Source: an uncultured Phycisphaerales bacterium
GTDB lineage: Bacteria > Planctomycetota > Phycisphaerae > Sedimentisphaerales > Anaerobacaceae
NCBI GenBank assembly: GCA_963718665.1
Contig: OY970359.1
Location: 1,952,001-2,016,000, forward strand
Reading direction: 5' to 3'
DNA: 64,000 nucleotides
Shown here in pieces: positions 35,890 through 45,460 of the stretch. How positions within the stretch are numbered: position 1 is the first letter of the stretch; every line of letters begins with the position of its first letter. Under the pieces are notes generated by a model. It searched no databases. It was not told the DNA's origin and saw only the letters and a list, made by a program, of their open reading frames with translations. Position numbers and translations under genes: made by a program.

Positions 35890-37896
35890 TCAGCTTACTT
35901 TTGCGCCCGGTTTTGCGCCCGTATCGGCGGTGAGCATAAAGATTTCTTTTCCGCCCGGCCCTGAGGCGAGAATCATACCTTCGGACAGGCCGAATCGCAT
36001 CTGGCGAGGTTTGAGGTTCACGAAAACTATTACGATTTTGCCGATGAGATTTTCGGGCTGATATGCCTGTGCGATGCCGGCGAGGACGTTTTTCTGGATG
36101 CCGCCCACGTCTAATTGAAGCCGCAGGAGTTTGTCGGCTCCTTCGACGCGTTCGGCCTTTACGACCTGTGCGATACGCAGGTCGATTTTGGCGAAGTCCT
36201 CGATTGTGCATTCCGGCTTAATCGGCTCAGCGGTTATCGCCGGTGTTGGTTCGGTTTTATCCCCTGTGTCTTTGCTTTCTTCAATCATAGCGTCAACCTT
36301 TTCTTTATCCACGCGTTCAAATAGACGTTCAAAGTCGTTGATATTGTGTTCCTGGAGTGTAGTGTTGATGTCCGCGAAAGTGAGTTTGCCGATGTTCAGC
36401 AGTCGTTCGACTTTTTCGGCGAAGGCGGGCAGGACCGGTTTGAGGTAAATTGTCAGGATGCGAACGGCGTTGAGAGTTGCGGTCAGCGTTGTGCGTGCCT
36501 TTTCCGGGTCGGTTTTGATTGTAGTCCATGGCTGGTTTTGCTCGACGTAGCGGTTGGCGAGGTCAGCAAGGGCGGTGGCTGTCCGGATTACGGCTGCGTA
36601 ATTTAGATTTTCATAGTTTTGTGTAATCTCGCTGCCCGCGGCGGCGATTTCTTCGATGAGCTTTTTGCCTTCGTCGTCGAGTTTGCCAAGCCGGCCGTTG
36701 AGCTTGCTTTTGAGCATCGGCGCGGCTCGCGAGGCGAGGTTGGTGAATTTGCCCACGAGGTCGGAGTTGATTTTATTTACGAAGTCCTCGAAACTGAGGT
36801 CGAGGTCGTCGATACCTGCTGAAAGTTTACCCGCATAGTAGTAGCGGAGGTATTCCGGGTCAAGGTGATTGGCATAGGTCGCGGCTTTGATGAAGGTTCC
36901 GCGCGACTTGCTCATTTTTTGGCCGTTGACTGTGAGGAAGCCGTGGACGAATAGTTTGTTTGCGGTTTTGAAGCCCGCCCCGACGAGCATCGCGGGCCAG
37001 AACAGTGCGTGGAAATACATAATGTCTTTGCCGATGAAGTGGTAAAGCTCGTAATCGGGGCCGTTCCAGACGGCGTTGAAATCAAGGCCGTTTTTGTCGC
37101 AGTAGTTTTTGGCCGACGCCATATAGCCGATTGGCGCGTCGAGCCAGACGTAAAAGTATTTGTCTTCCTCGCCGGGGATTTTGAAGCCGAAGTATGGGCC
37201 GTCGCGCGAGATGTCCCAGTCCTTTAGCCCGGCGTTGAACCATTCGTCGAGCTTGTTGGAGACGGATTCCTGGATATAGCCCTTTGCGAATATGTCCCGC
37301 AGTTGCTTTTCGTAGTCGGTCAGCTTGAAGAAATAATGCTCGGATTGTTTCAAAACAGGCGTTGAGCCGCAGTTGGAGCAGCGGGGATTGATGAGGTCGG
37401 TGGGTTGATACGTTGCGCTGCAAACCTCGCAGGAATCGCCATACTGGTCTTCGGCTTTGCATTTCGGGCAAGTACCTCGAATGAACCGGTCGGGCAGCGC
37501 CATTTTGCAATTCGGACACCAGGCCTGGTCGATATTTCGCTTTGTAATTGAGCCGGCTGCGTTCAGGCGGTTGAAAATCGTCTCGCTGAAATTGCGGTTT
37601 TCGGACGAATGGGTGGAATAATAATTATCGAACTCAATCAGGAAGCGTTTGAAATCGTTGTAGTGTTCCTCGTGGACACCGTCTATGAGCTGTTCGGGGG
37701 TGATTCCTTTGTTTTTTGCGCTAATCATTATCGCGGTGCCGTGGGTGTCGTCTGCGCAGAAGTAAAAGCATTGATTGCCGGATATTTTCTGGAACCGCAC
37801 CCATACATCGGTCTGGAGATATTCCACGAGGTGGCCTATGTGGATGGGGCCGTTTGCGTAGGGCAGGGCGGATGTAACGACGATTTTACGCGGCAT
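35890..37896 (-). CDS. metG: Methionine--tRNA ligase with C-terminal tRNA-binding domain
   Basis: HIGH, KMSKS, Zn knuckle, C-terminal Trbp domain. Confidence 0.97.
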   Translation of the reverse strand: MPRKIVVTSALPYANGPIHIGHLVEYLQTDVWVRFQKISGNQCFYFCADDTHGTAIMISAKNKGITPEQLIDGVHEEHYNDFKRFLIEFDNYYSTHSSENRNFSETIFNRLNAAGSITKRNIDQAWCPNCKMALPDRFIRGTCPKCKAEDQYGDSCEVCSATYQPTDLINPRCSNCGSTPVLKQSEHYFFKLTDYEKQLRDIFAKGYIQESVSNKLDEWFNAGLKDWDISRDGPYFGFKIPGEEDKYFYVWLDAPIGYMASAKNYCDKNGLDFNAVWNGPDYELYHFIGKDIMYFHALFWPAMLVGAGFKTANKLFVHGFLTVNGQKMSKSRGTFIKAATYANHLDPEYLRYYYAGKLSAGIDDLDLSFEDFVNKINSDLVGKFTNLASRAAPMLKSKLNGRLGKLDDEGKKLIEEIAAAGSEITQNYENLNYAAVIRTATALADLANRYVEQNQPWTTIKTDPEKARTTLTATLNAVRILTIYLKPVLPAFAEKVERLLNIGKLTFADINTTLQEHNINDFERLFERVDKEKVDAMIEESKDTGDKTEPTPAITAEPIKPECTIEDFAKIDLRIAQVVKAERVEGADKLLRLQLDVGGIQKNVLAGIAQAYQPENLIGKIVIVFVNLKPRQMRFGLSEGMILASGPGGKEIFMLTADTGAKPGAKVS

Positions 37897-37931
37897 AATT
37901 TTCCTTTTTTTACGCCTTGTCGGGCGTCAGT

Positions 37932-38978
37932 TCAACCGTTTGGTTTTTCATCAGTATTGTTGTCTTCTGTAGCATTATCTTCTGTAGTATTATTTTCCTC
38001 AGGAGTACTTTCCTCAGGGATATTTTTCTCAGGGATATTACCCTGTGGAGGTTTTATGTTTGTGTTATTGGGCTGTGACTGGCCGAGTATTTCAATTTTG
38101 TCTCTTGGAACCAACGTCCTTGTGCCGGTTTCAAGCTCGACCATAACCAACTGGGCGAGTACCTGATAGTCGATGATTCTGCCTTTGCCCTCGGGTGTGT
38201 TGACCAGCGTGTTTCGGGGCGGCAGGCGTTTTTTAAGCTCGGTATAGGTGTCGTCCTCGTAGCGCAGGCAGCATTTGAGCCGGCCGCAGTAACCGGAGAT
38301 TTTCGACGGGTCCAGCGTCGCTTTTTGCAGCTTGGCCATTCGCATATTGACGGGCTTGAGGGATTTGAGATACCTGATGCAGCAGCATTTTTGCCCGCAG
38401 CTTTCGACGTCGCCGAGTATTTTTGCCTCGTCGCGTGCGCCGATTTGCCGCATTTCGATTCTGGTCTGATATTCCTGCGCCAGTTTCCTGACGAGGTCGC
38501 GGAAATCGACCCTGCCGTCGGACATAAAGTAAAATACGATGCGCTCCCCGCCGAGGATGTGTTCGGCATCGACGATTTTCATCGGCAGATTCATTTCTTT
38601 GACGAGTTTTTTGCAGAACTTTGTTTCTTCGACGGCTATTTTCTGGAAATGCTTTTCCTCGTTGATGTCTTCGGGCGTTGCATACCTGATGAATCTGCCC
38701 GCCGGCTCAGGGGTGAATGGTATTTCAGAATCGTCGAAGTATTTCTTCAGTTGTTCATCGGACAATTTGAGCTGGCCTGCGCGGTAAGCGCTGATGCCTC
38801 CCACGATAGTGCCAAGCTCCATGCCTTTTTCGGTTTTGATGACGACGCGCGTCGGCGTGGAGGGAATCGTGGCTTCGTTGTGCTCGAACAGGCCCAGTGT
38901 TCTCATCCGGCCGTAACGGACCAGCATAAACCTTTTGGTCCTTGGCGGCTTAGGTTTTGTTGTTGACGTATCTTCCAT
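37932..38978 (-). CDS. PSP1/RicT (YaaT) family protein
   Basis: GRVDFRDLV, RIEMRQIGARDEA, CG..CC, SGYCGRLKCCLRYE. Confidence 0.9.
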   Translation of the reverse strand: MEDTSTTKPKPPRTKRFMLVRYGRMRTLGLFEHNEATIPSTPTRVVIKTEKGMELGTIVGGISAYRAGQLKLSDEQLKKYFDDSEIPFTPEPAGRFIRYATPEDINEEKHFQKIAVEETKFCKKLVKEMNLPMKIVDAEHILGGERIVFYFMSDGRVDFRDLVRKLAQEYQTRIEMRQIGARDEAKILGDVESCGQKCCCIRYLKSLKPVNMRMAKLQKATLDPSKISGYCGRLKCCLRYEDDTYTELKKRLPPRNTLVNTPEGKGRIIDYQVLAQLVMVELETGTRTLVPRDKIEILGQSQPNNTNIKPPQGNIPEKNIPEESTPEENNTTEDNATEDNNTDEKPNG

Positions 38979-38995
38979 TTGTTTTTCTTGCTTTT

Positions 38996-39065
38996 ACCGC
39001 ATAGGCCGCGGAAAACGCAGAGATTACGATATGATTTTCTCTGCGGTCTCAGCGGGTTCCGCGGT
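38996..39065. repeat. Nonamer-based imperfect palindrome
   Basis: CGCAGAG...CTCTGCG; related to 32997-33063. Confidence 0.6.
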
Positions 39066-39072
39066 GAAATCT

Positions 39073-40191
39073 CTAAAGTTCAGAAGTGATTTTATCAGTT
39101 TCTGCCAGATTTAACAACAGTTGCTCTAAAATAAGCCGTTCATTGACGGATGATTCGAGATAGTGGAGGGTTTTGAAGCATTCGGCGATTTTTTGGGCCG
39201 CCTGCTCAGGGTTGAATCGCAAGGCGATTTTTTTGATTTGTTCGGGCTGGTCGAAATTGACTATTTGGTTGCCAGTAGCGACATTTGTGAGCATCGCGTC
39301 GTGAAAGACACTGATTATAATCTGAAGTATGATTACAGTAGATTTGCGTTTTATGTCGTTTGCGCTCGTGGCGGGGGCGAGTTTGGCCCAAATGGACGCA
39401 ATTTCCTTCGATTGCTTTTGAAGGGTCTCGGCCAGTTCAATCGCGTTTTTATATTCGAAATTGGCCAGGGCATTCACGATATCCGTTTTGGTTTTATATA
39501 TGTCTGCTTCGGCTGTTTCGAGCTGTGAATATGTGCCGGCAAGGCCCAGTGAGCCATCGGTCAGGCGGGCGAAAAATTTTATCTGTTTTTCGCTGAGGCC
39601 GGGCTGACGCAGTTTTTCGATTATTTTTTCCTCGTCGATTGGGCCGAATCGCAATATCTGGCATCGGGAGCGGATTGTGGGCAGGAGTTTGTCGGGCCTG
39701 GTGCAAATAAGAATGATGCAGCAATAAGTGGGCGGCTCTTCGAGGACCTTCAAGAGGCAATTTTGCGATTCGTTGTTGAGCTTTTCGGCTTCAGTGAGGA
39801 CAAAGACCCTTCGCGTCGATAAGGCGGGCCTTTGGCTGACTTTATCGAGGACGAATTCACGGACGACGTCAATCGGGAATTCGAAAGGCGGTTCTTTGTT
39901 TTTGCCTTCTTTTGTGAATTCGAGCAGTTCCTTATAGACGTGTTCGAAATCGGGATGTGAGCCGGCGTCGAACGCTCGGCAGGATGCGCAATTGCCGCAA
40001 CTATCAGTAAAGTTGCCCCTTTCCACGGGGTTTTTACAAAGTAATAGCTTTGCGAATTCCTTCGCGGTTGTGAATTTGCCTATGCCATCAGGCCCGGCGA
40101 AAATATAAGCATGTGCGACTTTATCGCCGGCGAAGGAACATTGAATCGCGGAGATAGCTTTTCCCTGGCAGAAAACGTCTTTGAGCGGCAT
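39073..40191 (-). CDS. holB: DNA polymerase III subunit delta'
   Basis: HAYIFAGPDGIGK, CxxC, LLKVLEEPP, TIRSRC. Confidence 0.92.
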   Translation of the reverse strand: MPLKDVFCQGKAISAIQCSFAGDKVAHAYIFAGPDGIGKFTTAKEFAKLLLCKNPVERGNFTDSCGNCASCRAFDAGSHPDFEHVYKELLEFTKEGKNKEPPFEFPIDVVREFVLDKVSQRPALSTRRVFVLTEAEKLNNESQNCLLKVLEEPPTYCCIILICTRPDKLLPTIRSRCQILRFGPIDEEKIIEKLRQPGLSEKQIKFFARLTDGSLGLAGTYSQLETAEADIYKTKTDIVNALANFEYKNAIELAETLQKQSKEIASIWAKLAPATSANDIKRKSTVIILQIIISVFHDAMLTNVATGNQIVNFDQPEQIKKIALRFNPEQAAQKIAECFKTLHYLESSVNERLILEQLLLNLAETDKITSEL

Positions 40192-40820
40192 TATTCGGCC
40201 CCGAATTTATCGATGATGTCTGTTACTTTTTTGTGGACGGCGTCGATATTGTCCGCGGCGTTGACCACGACGGAGTTTTTCCGCTGCTTGGCGATTTTCA
40301 GGAAGCCATCGCGGACTTTTTTATGATAATCGTTGCCCTTTTGCTCCATACGGTCGAGATTGCTTTTGAGACGAGTTGCCGCGGTGGCGGACTCGACATC
40401 GAGGATTATTGTCAAATCGGGCCAGGGCTTTTCAAGGCAATCGGCTGCGAGTTTAATTACCTTATCCATTCCGAATCCGCCCGCGTGACCCTGGTAGGCG
40501 CAGGTGCTGGACAGCCAGCGGTCAACGATGACGCATTTATTTTGTTTTAACGCCGGGGCGATTTTCTCATTCCACAGTTGAACTCTCGCCGCCATATAAA
40601 GCATCACTTCGGTTGCGGTATCCATTGCTTTGTGTTCGGGATTGAGAAGGATATCCCTGATTTTCTCGCCTATGGCGGTTGCGCCCGGCTCGCGGAAACT
40701 GATTACATCGATTTGTTGTTTTGCCAGCCAATCGACGAGCAATTTTACCTGCGTGCTTTTCCCGCATCCATCCGGCCCATCAAGGGCGATAAACTTGCCT
40801 GATAATTTTTTCGCGTTCAT
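40191..40820 (-). CDS. tmk: Thymidylate kinase
   Basis: DGPDGCGKSTQ, REPG, DR...AYQG. Confidence 0.95.
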   Translation of the reverse strand: MNAKKLSGKFIALDGPDGCGKSTQVKLLVDWLAKQQIDVISFREPGATAIGEKIRDILLNPEHKAMDTATEVMLYMAARVQLWNEKIAPALKQNKCVIVDRWLSSTCAYQGHAGGFGMDKVIKLAADCLEKPWPDLTIILDVESATAATRLKSNLDRMEQKGNDYHKKVRDGFLKIAKQRKNSVVVNAADNIDAVHKKVTDIIDKFGAE

Positions 40821-40825
40821 TTCTT

Positions 40826-43800
40826 CTACCTTGTTAATTGCAGGTTTTCAGGGCCAATCAGGTGGCGCATCTTACGGCAGAATTCTGGGTCGGGGTTGAC
40901 GCTTAAGCCCCTGTCGGCGGAGGCGTAAACCCTGCCCTTGTCTGTCCTGATTGCGACGTAAACGCTGCTCTTGCCCCTGTGGTGCATACAAATACTTTTT
41001 ATCTCAGCGATTTTTTCTTTCGTGACATTTTGGGCGTCGAGATTGATTCGCACCTTACCTGCGAGCTTGTCGGTTGCCTCGTCGAGGGTGATTAATTCGG
41101 AGGCGATTATGTTCGGCTTTTCTCTTCTGAAATCCAGCCGGCCTTTGACGAATACGACTGCGTCGGCGGCAAGTTTCGTGGCGAACTGGTTTAAGGTATT
41201 TGGGAACATAACGACCTCAACCTGGCCCTGGAGGTCGAGGAGGGTGAAGACAGCCATTTTCGAGCCGGCGTTTTTGCCTGTCCTGGTCAGGTTGTAGCGG
41301 ATTTTAGTTATCATGCCGCCAATGGTTACTTCCTTTTCCTGTGTGGTCTCGGCAATCTGGGTGGTATTGATATTCGAGAAGATATTGATTGTCTCGGCAC
41401 AGTGACTCAGCGGGTTGCTCGTAACATAAAAGCCGAGGACTTCCTTTTCATACATCAGCATCATTTGTTCTGGCCATGGGTCCGCGTAGGGCAGGCGGTT
41501 ATGGTCTTGTGAGTAATCCGGCGCGGTGGCCTGCGCGAAAAACCGCATCTGGCCGTTGAGTTTGTCCGTTTGTGTATCCGCCCCGTGCTCCATAGCCGCT
41601 GGAAGCCCCGCTATCATTTGAGCGCGGTTGCCCCCAAGGCGGTCGAATGCTCCCGCTTTTATCAGCGATTCCATTAACTGCTTGTTCGTGGCCCGCGTAT
41701 CGACGTTTTCGCAGAAGTGGAACAAGCTCTGGAATTTGCCTGTTTTCTCGCGTGCGACGATGATTTGCTCGACTGCCTTTTCGCCTACGCCTTTGACAGC
41801 GGCCAAACCGAAACGAATCATTCCTTTCTTGCCGTCGCTCTCTTTGTATAAAGGCGTGAAGTCAACGCCGCTTTCATTGATATCCGGTGCGGTAACTTCG
41901 ATACCCATATCATTACATTCGGATATGTATTCCACGACCTTGTCTGTGTTGCCCATTTCGAAGGTGAGAAGTGCCGCCATATATTCCACGGGCCAATAGA
42001 CCTTCATATAAGCGGTTTGATACGCGATGAAGGCGTAGCGGGTCGAGTGGCTTTTATTGAAGCCGTAGCCGGCGAAACGCTCGATTAGCTCGAATATGTC
42101 TTCCGCCTGCTGTTTTTTAAGCCCCTTTGCGACCGAGCCGGCGATGAATCGTTCCTTTTCCTTAAGGATGGTCGAGGCCTTCTTTTTGCTGATTGCCTTA
42201 ATCAGCGTGTATGCCTCACGCAGAGGAATGTCACCGAGGCGGTTGCAGATTTGCATCACCTGTTCCTGATAGACCATAATGCCGTAGGTCTCGTCGAGGA
42301 CTTCTTTCATAATCGGGTGAGGCAGCGACCATTTGCCCCCGTGTTTGCGGTCGTTGTAGTCGGGGATGAGGGTCATCGGGCCGGGGCGATAAAGCGCGTT
42401 TGCCGCGATGAGGTCCTGAATCCTGTCGGGCTTCATCTTCATCAGAAGTTCCTGCATACCGCCCGATTCGAACTGGAATATGCCTTTTGTTTTTCCCGCG
42501 GCGAAAAGAGCGAAGACCTTGGGGTCTTCGAGGTCGATTTTTTCGAGGTCTATTTTTTTGCCGTGAATCTGCTCGACTAATTGCCTTGCGCGCTCGATGA
42601 CGCTAAGGGTCTTTAGACCGAGGAAGTCCATTTTTAACAGGCCCACCTTTTCGACCATAGGTCCTTCGAACTGCGTAACGATATCCTCTGTGCCGGACGG
42701 CTTGTAGAGGGGCACGAAATTAGTCAACGGCTCATCGGCTATTACGACTCCAGCGGCGTGAACCGACGCGTGGCGGGCGAGACCTTCGAGTTTCTTGCTG
42801 ATGTCGATGACCTTTTTTGTCTGCGGGTCCCTGTCGTATGCCTGTTTCAATTGCGGCTCTGTTTCCAGGGCCATATCGAGGGTCATATTAAGCGTTTCGG
42901 GGACAAGTTTTGCCAGCCGGTCCGCTTCGGTCAGCGGGACATTCAACACCCGGCAGATGTCGCGGATTACCGCCTTTGCGCCCATCGTTCCGAAGGTGAT
43001 GATTTGCGCGACGTGGCCGTATTTTTGGCGGACGTAGTCGATGATTTGTCCCCTGCCCGCCTGGCACATATCAATATCGATATCGGGCATCTCGTTGCGG
43101 TGTGGGTCCATAAAACGTTCGAAGAGCAAATCGTATTTGAGCGGGTCAACGTCGCACAGGCCAAGGCAGTAGCCGACTAATGTCCCCACTGCGCTTCCTC
43201 TTGCGCCGACGGGGATATTATTTTTATGGGCGTAATTGCAGAAGTCCCAGACGATTAGAAAGTAACTTGCGAATCCCTTTGACTCGATGACGTGCAGCTC
43301 TCTTTCGAGGCGTTCTTTTACCCTGTCGTCGAGTTTACCGTAGATTTGCTGTGCTTTTTCATAGCATAGTTTTGTCAGGAATTTTTCAGGCGTTGAGCCG
43401 TCTTCGGGGCTGAAATGCGGTGCATGCCTGCTTTTAAGGTCGATTTCGACGTTGCATTGCTTAGCGATTTCCAGCGTGTTATCGAAGGCCTGTGGACAAT
43501 CCGGGAAAAGCTGGCGCATCTGGGCGGGACTTTTGAGAAATACGTCTTTGGGGTAAATCATCCGGTCGGGGTCGTCTGCTTTTTTGCCCGTGCTTATCGC
43601 GCAGAGGCAGTTATGTGCCTCGTGGTCTTCTTCCGCGAGGAAATGTACGTCGTTTGTCGCGACGATGCCCGCTCCGAGTTTGTTCGCCAGGTCAATAAGC
43701 GATTTTGCGATATTGGTGTCGTCGCCTTCGTGGCTCTGAATTTCGATGAAGTATCTTTCGGGGCCGAAGATTTTGAGGTACCCTTCGGCAACCGCCTGCG

Positions 43801-44275
43801 CCGCTTTTATGTCTCCGCCCGACATTTGCATCGCCAGTTCACCTTTCGGGCAGGCGGAAGTTACAATCAGCCCCTCGTTAAGCTCCGCGAGGATTTGCTT
43901 GTCGATTCGGGGGCGGTAGTAAAACCCTTCGGTGTAACCCGTCGATGCGAGCTTGAGCAGGTTTTGATAGCCCGTATTATTCTGGGCAAGAAGGATGAGG
44001 TGATACGCGGCGTCGCTGATAGATGTTTTTGTTCGGTCATGCCGGCTGTTTGGAGCGATGTAGGCCTCGATACCGATTATGGGTTTGATGCCTGCGGCGA
44101 TTGCCTTGGTGTAGAATTCTATCACGCCGAACATATTCCCGTGGTCGGTTACGGCGACCGAGTCCATACCCAGGTCTTTGCACCGCGCAAAGAGATTTTC
44201 GAACCTTATAGCGCCGTCGAGCAGCGAATACTGGCTGTGCAGGTGAAGATGTGTAAAACCTTTGTTCTCCGCCAC
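40826..44275 (-). CDS. dnaE: DNA polymerase III alpha subunit
   Basis: HLHLHSQYSLLDG, MPDIDID, YGFNKSH; GTG start after AAGGA. Confidence 0.97.
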   Translation of the reverse strand: MAENKGFTHLHLHSQYSLLDGAIRFENLFARCKDLGMDSVAVTDHGNMFGVIEFYTKAIAAGIKPIIGIEAYIAPNSRHDRTKTSISDAAYHLILLAQNNTGYQNLLKLASTGYTEGFYYRPRIDKQILAELNEGLIVTSACPKGELAMQMSGGDIKAAQAVAEGYLKIFGPERYFIEIQSHEGDDTNIAKSLIDLANKLGAGIVATNDVHFLAEEDHEAHNCLCAISTGKKADDPDRMIYPKDVFLKSPAQMRQLFPDCPQAFDNTLEIAKQCNVEIDLKSRHAPHFSPEDGSTPEKFLTKLCYEKAQQIYGKLDDRVKERLERELHVIESKGFASYFLIVWDFCNYAHKNNIPVGARGSAVGTLVGYCLGLCDVDPLKYDLLFERFMDPHRNEMPDIDIDMCQAGRGQIIDYVRQKYGHVAQIITFGTMGAKAVIRDICRVLNVPLTEADRLAKLVPETLNMTLDMALETEPQLKQAYDRDPQTKKVIDISKKLEGLARHASVHAAGVVIADEPLTNFVPLYKPSGTEDIVTQFEGPMVEKVGLLKMDFLGLKTLSVIERARQLVEQIHGKKIDLEKIDLEDPKVFALFAAGKTKGIFQFESGGMQELLMKMKPDRIQDLIAANALYRPGPMTLIPDYNDRKHGGKWSLPHPIMKEVLDETYGIMVYQEQVMQICNRLGDIPLREAYTLIKAISKKKASTILKEKERFIAGSVAKGLKKQQAEDIFELIERFAGYGFNKSHSTRYAFIAYQTAYMKVYWPVEYMAALLTFEMGNTDKVVEYISECNDMGIEVTAPDINESGVDFTPLYKESDGKKGMIRFGLAAVKGVGEKAVEQIIVAREKTGKFQSLFHFCENVDTRATNKQLMESLIKAGAFDRLGGNRAQMIAGLPAAMEHGADTQTDKLNGQMRFFAQATAPDYSQDHNRLPYADPWPEQMMLMYEKEVLGFYVTSNPLSHCAETINIFSNINTTQIAETTQEKEVTIGGMITKIRYNLTRTGKNAGSKMAVFTLLDLQGQVEVVMFPNTLNQFATKLAADAVVFVKGRLDFRREKPNIIASELITLDEATDKLAGKVRINLDAQNVTKEKIAEIKSICMHHRGKSSVYVAIRTDKGRVYASADRGLSVNPDPEFCRKMRHLIGPENLQLTR

Positions 44276-44394
44276 CGTATAATCCTTTTTCAGTTTGTCA
44301 TTGATTATTGCCAATTGATTGCTGATAATTGTAACGGTTAGGCGGATGCTAATCAACAAGGGACAGAGTTGATAATCTTATAAGGGGAAAATTT

Positions 44395-45432
44395 ATGGAT
44401 TTTGAAAATATCGGCGATTCTTCACAGCCGCAACTGAACAGTGTTCTTTCGCCGCAACCGGCACCGGCACCCAAAAAGAGCAGTGGATGGCGAATTTTCT
44501 GGGGTATAATCACCGGCTTATCGATGCTCGGAAACGTTATGCTTTTTCTGATGCTCATCGGCGTTGGAATTATAGCGTTTGAGGGAGTGGGCGGAAAGAA
44601 GTACACAGAGGAAGTCATCGAAGACGGCCCACGGAGCGCTAAAATCGCGATAGTGTCGATAGACGGCATTATAGACGAAAAGCAGGCACAGGAGGTTTAC
44701 TGGCAGTTAAAAACGGCCAGAGACGACAAGACCATAAAGGGAGTGATTATCCGCGTCGATTCGCCCGGCGGGACGATTTCGGGCAGCGACCAGATTCATA
44801 ACGAGATAATGAAATACCGCGCCGACACCAACCAGCCGGCGGTCGCGTTTATGCAGGGCGTCGCGGCATCGGGCGGCTATTATTCTTCGGTTGCCTGCGA
44901 TAAGATTATCGCCGAACCCACCGCAATCACCGGCTCAATCGGCGTGATTATGGAATATCTCGTATTGCAGCAGCTTCTGGAGGAGAAACTGGGCATACAG
45001 CCGGTTGTGGTCAAGGCGGGCTCGAAAAAGGACTGGCCCAGTCCATTCCAGACGCCTACCGAAGAACAATTGCAGTATATGCAGCAAAGGATAATCGACC
45101 CGGCTTACAATCGGTTCGTCAAAGTCGTCGTTGACGGCAGAAGTAACCTGACCGAGTCGGACGTCAGACGCCTGGCGGACGGAAGCATATACTGGGCGGA
45201 TAACGCCCTCGAAGAAAAGCTAATTGACAGCGTGGGCTATCTCAAGGACGCAATCGCCGAGGCAAAATCGCTCGCGGGCGTCAAAAAGGCGCAAGTAGTC
45301 GAATACCAAAAGCCGTTTTCAATCGCGGAGATGCTCGGCGCGAAGACGAATATATCGCTGAAGATTGACCGCAGGACGCTTTATGAGGTGGCTGTCCCGC
45401 AGGCGTTGTATCTGTGGACCGGCCCACGGTAA
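44395..45432 (+). CDS. sppA: Signal peptide peptidase SppA (S49)
   Basis: DSPGG, AASGGYY, TGSIGV. Confidence 0.92.
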   Translation: MDFENIGDSSQPQLNSVLSPQPAPAPKKSSGWRIFWGIITGLSMLGNVMLFLMLIGVGIIAFEGVGGKKYTEEVIEDGPRSAKIAIVSIDGIIDEKQAQEVYWQLKTARDDKTIKGVIIRVDSPGGTISGSDQIHNEIMKYRADTNQPAVAFMQGVAASGGYYSSVACDKIIAEPTAITGSIGVIMEYLVLQQLLEEKLGIQPVVVKAGSKKDWPSPFQTPTEEQLQYMQQRIIDPAYNRFVKVVVDGRSNLTESDVRRLADGSIYWADNALEEKLIDSVGYLKDAIAEAKSLAGVKKAQVVEYQKPFSIAEMLGAKTNISLKIDRRTLYEVAVPQALYLWTGPR

Positions 45433-45460
45433 AATCCCGAAATAACGGTTTAACAGGAAA

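Noticed and set aside
40826..44275. Intein in DnaE
   Set aside because: Normal length, with no intein splice or LAGLIDADG motifs.
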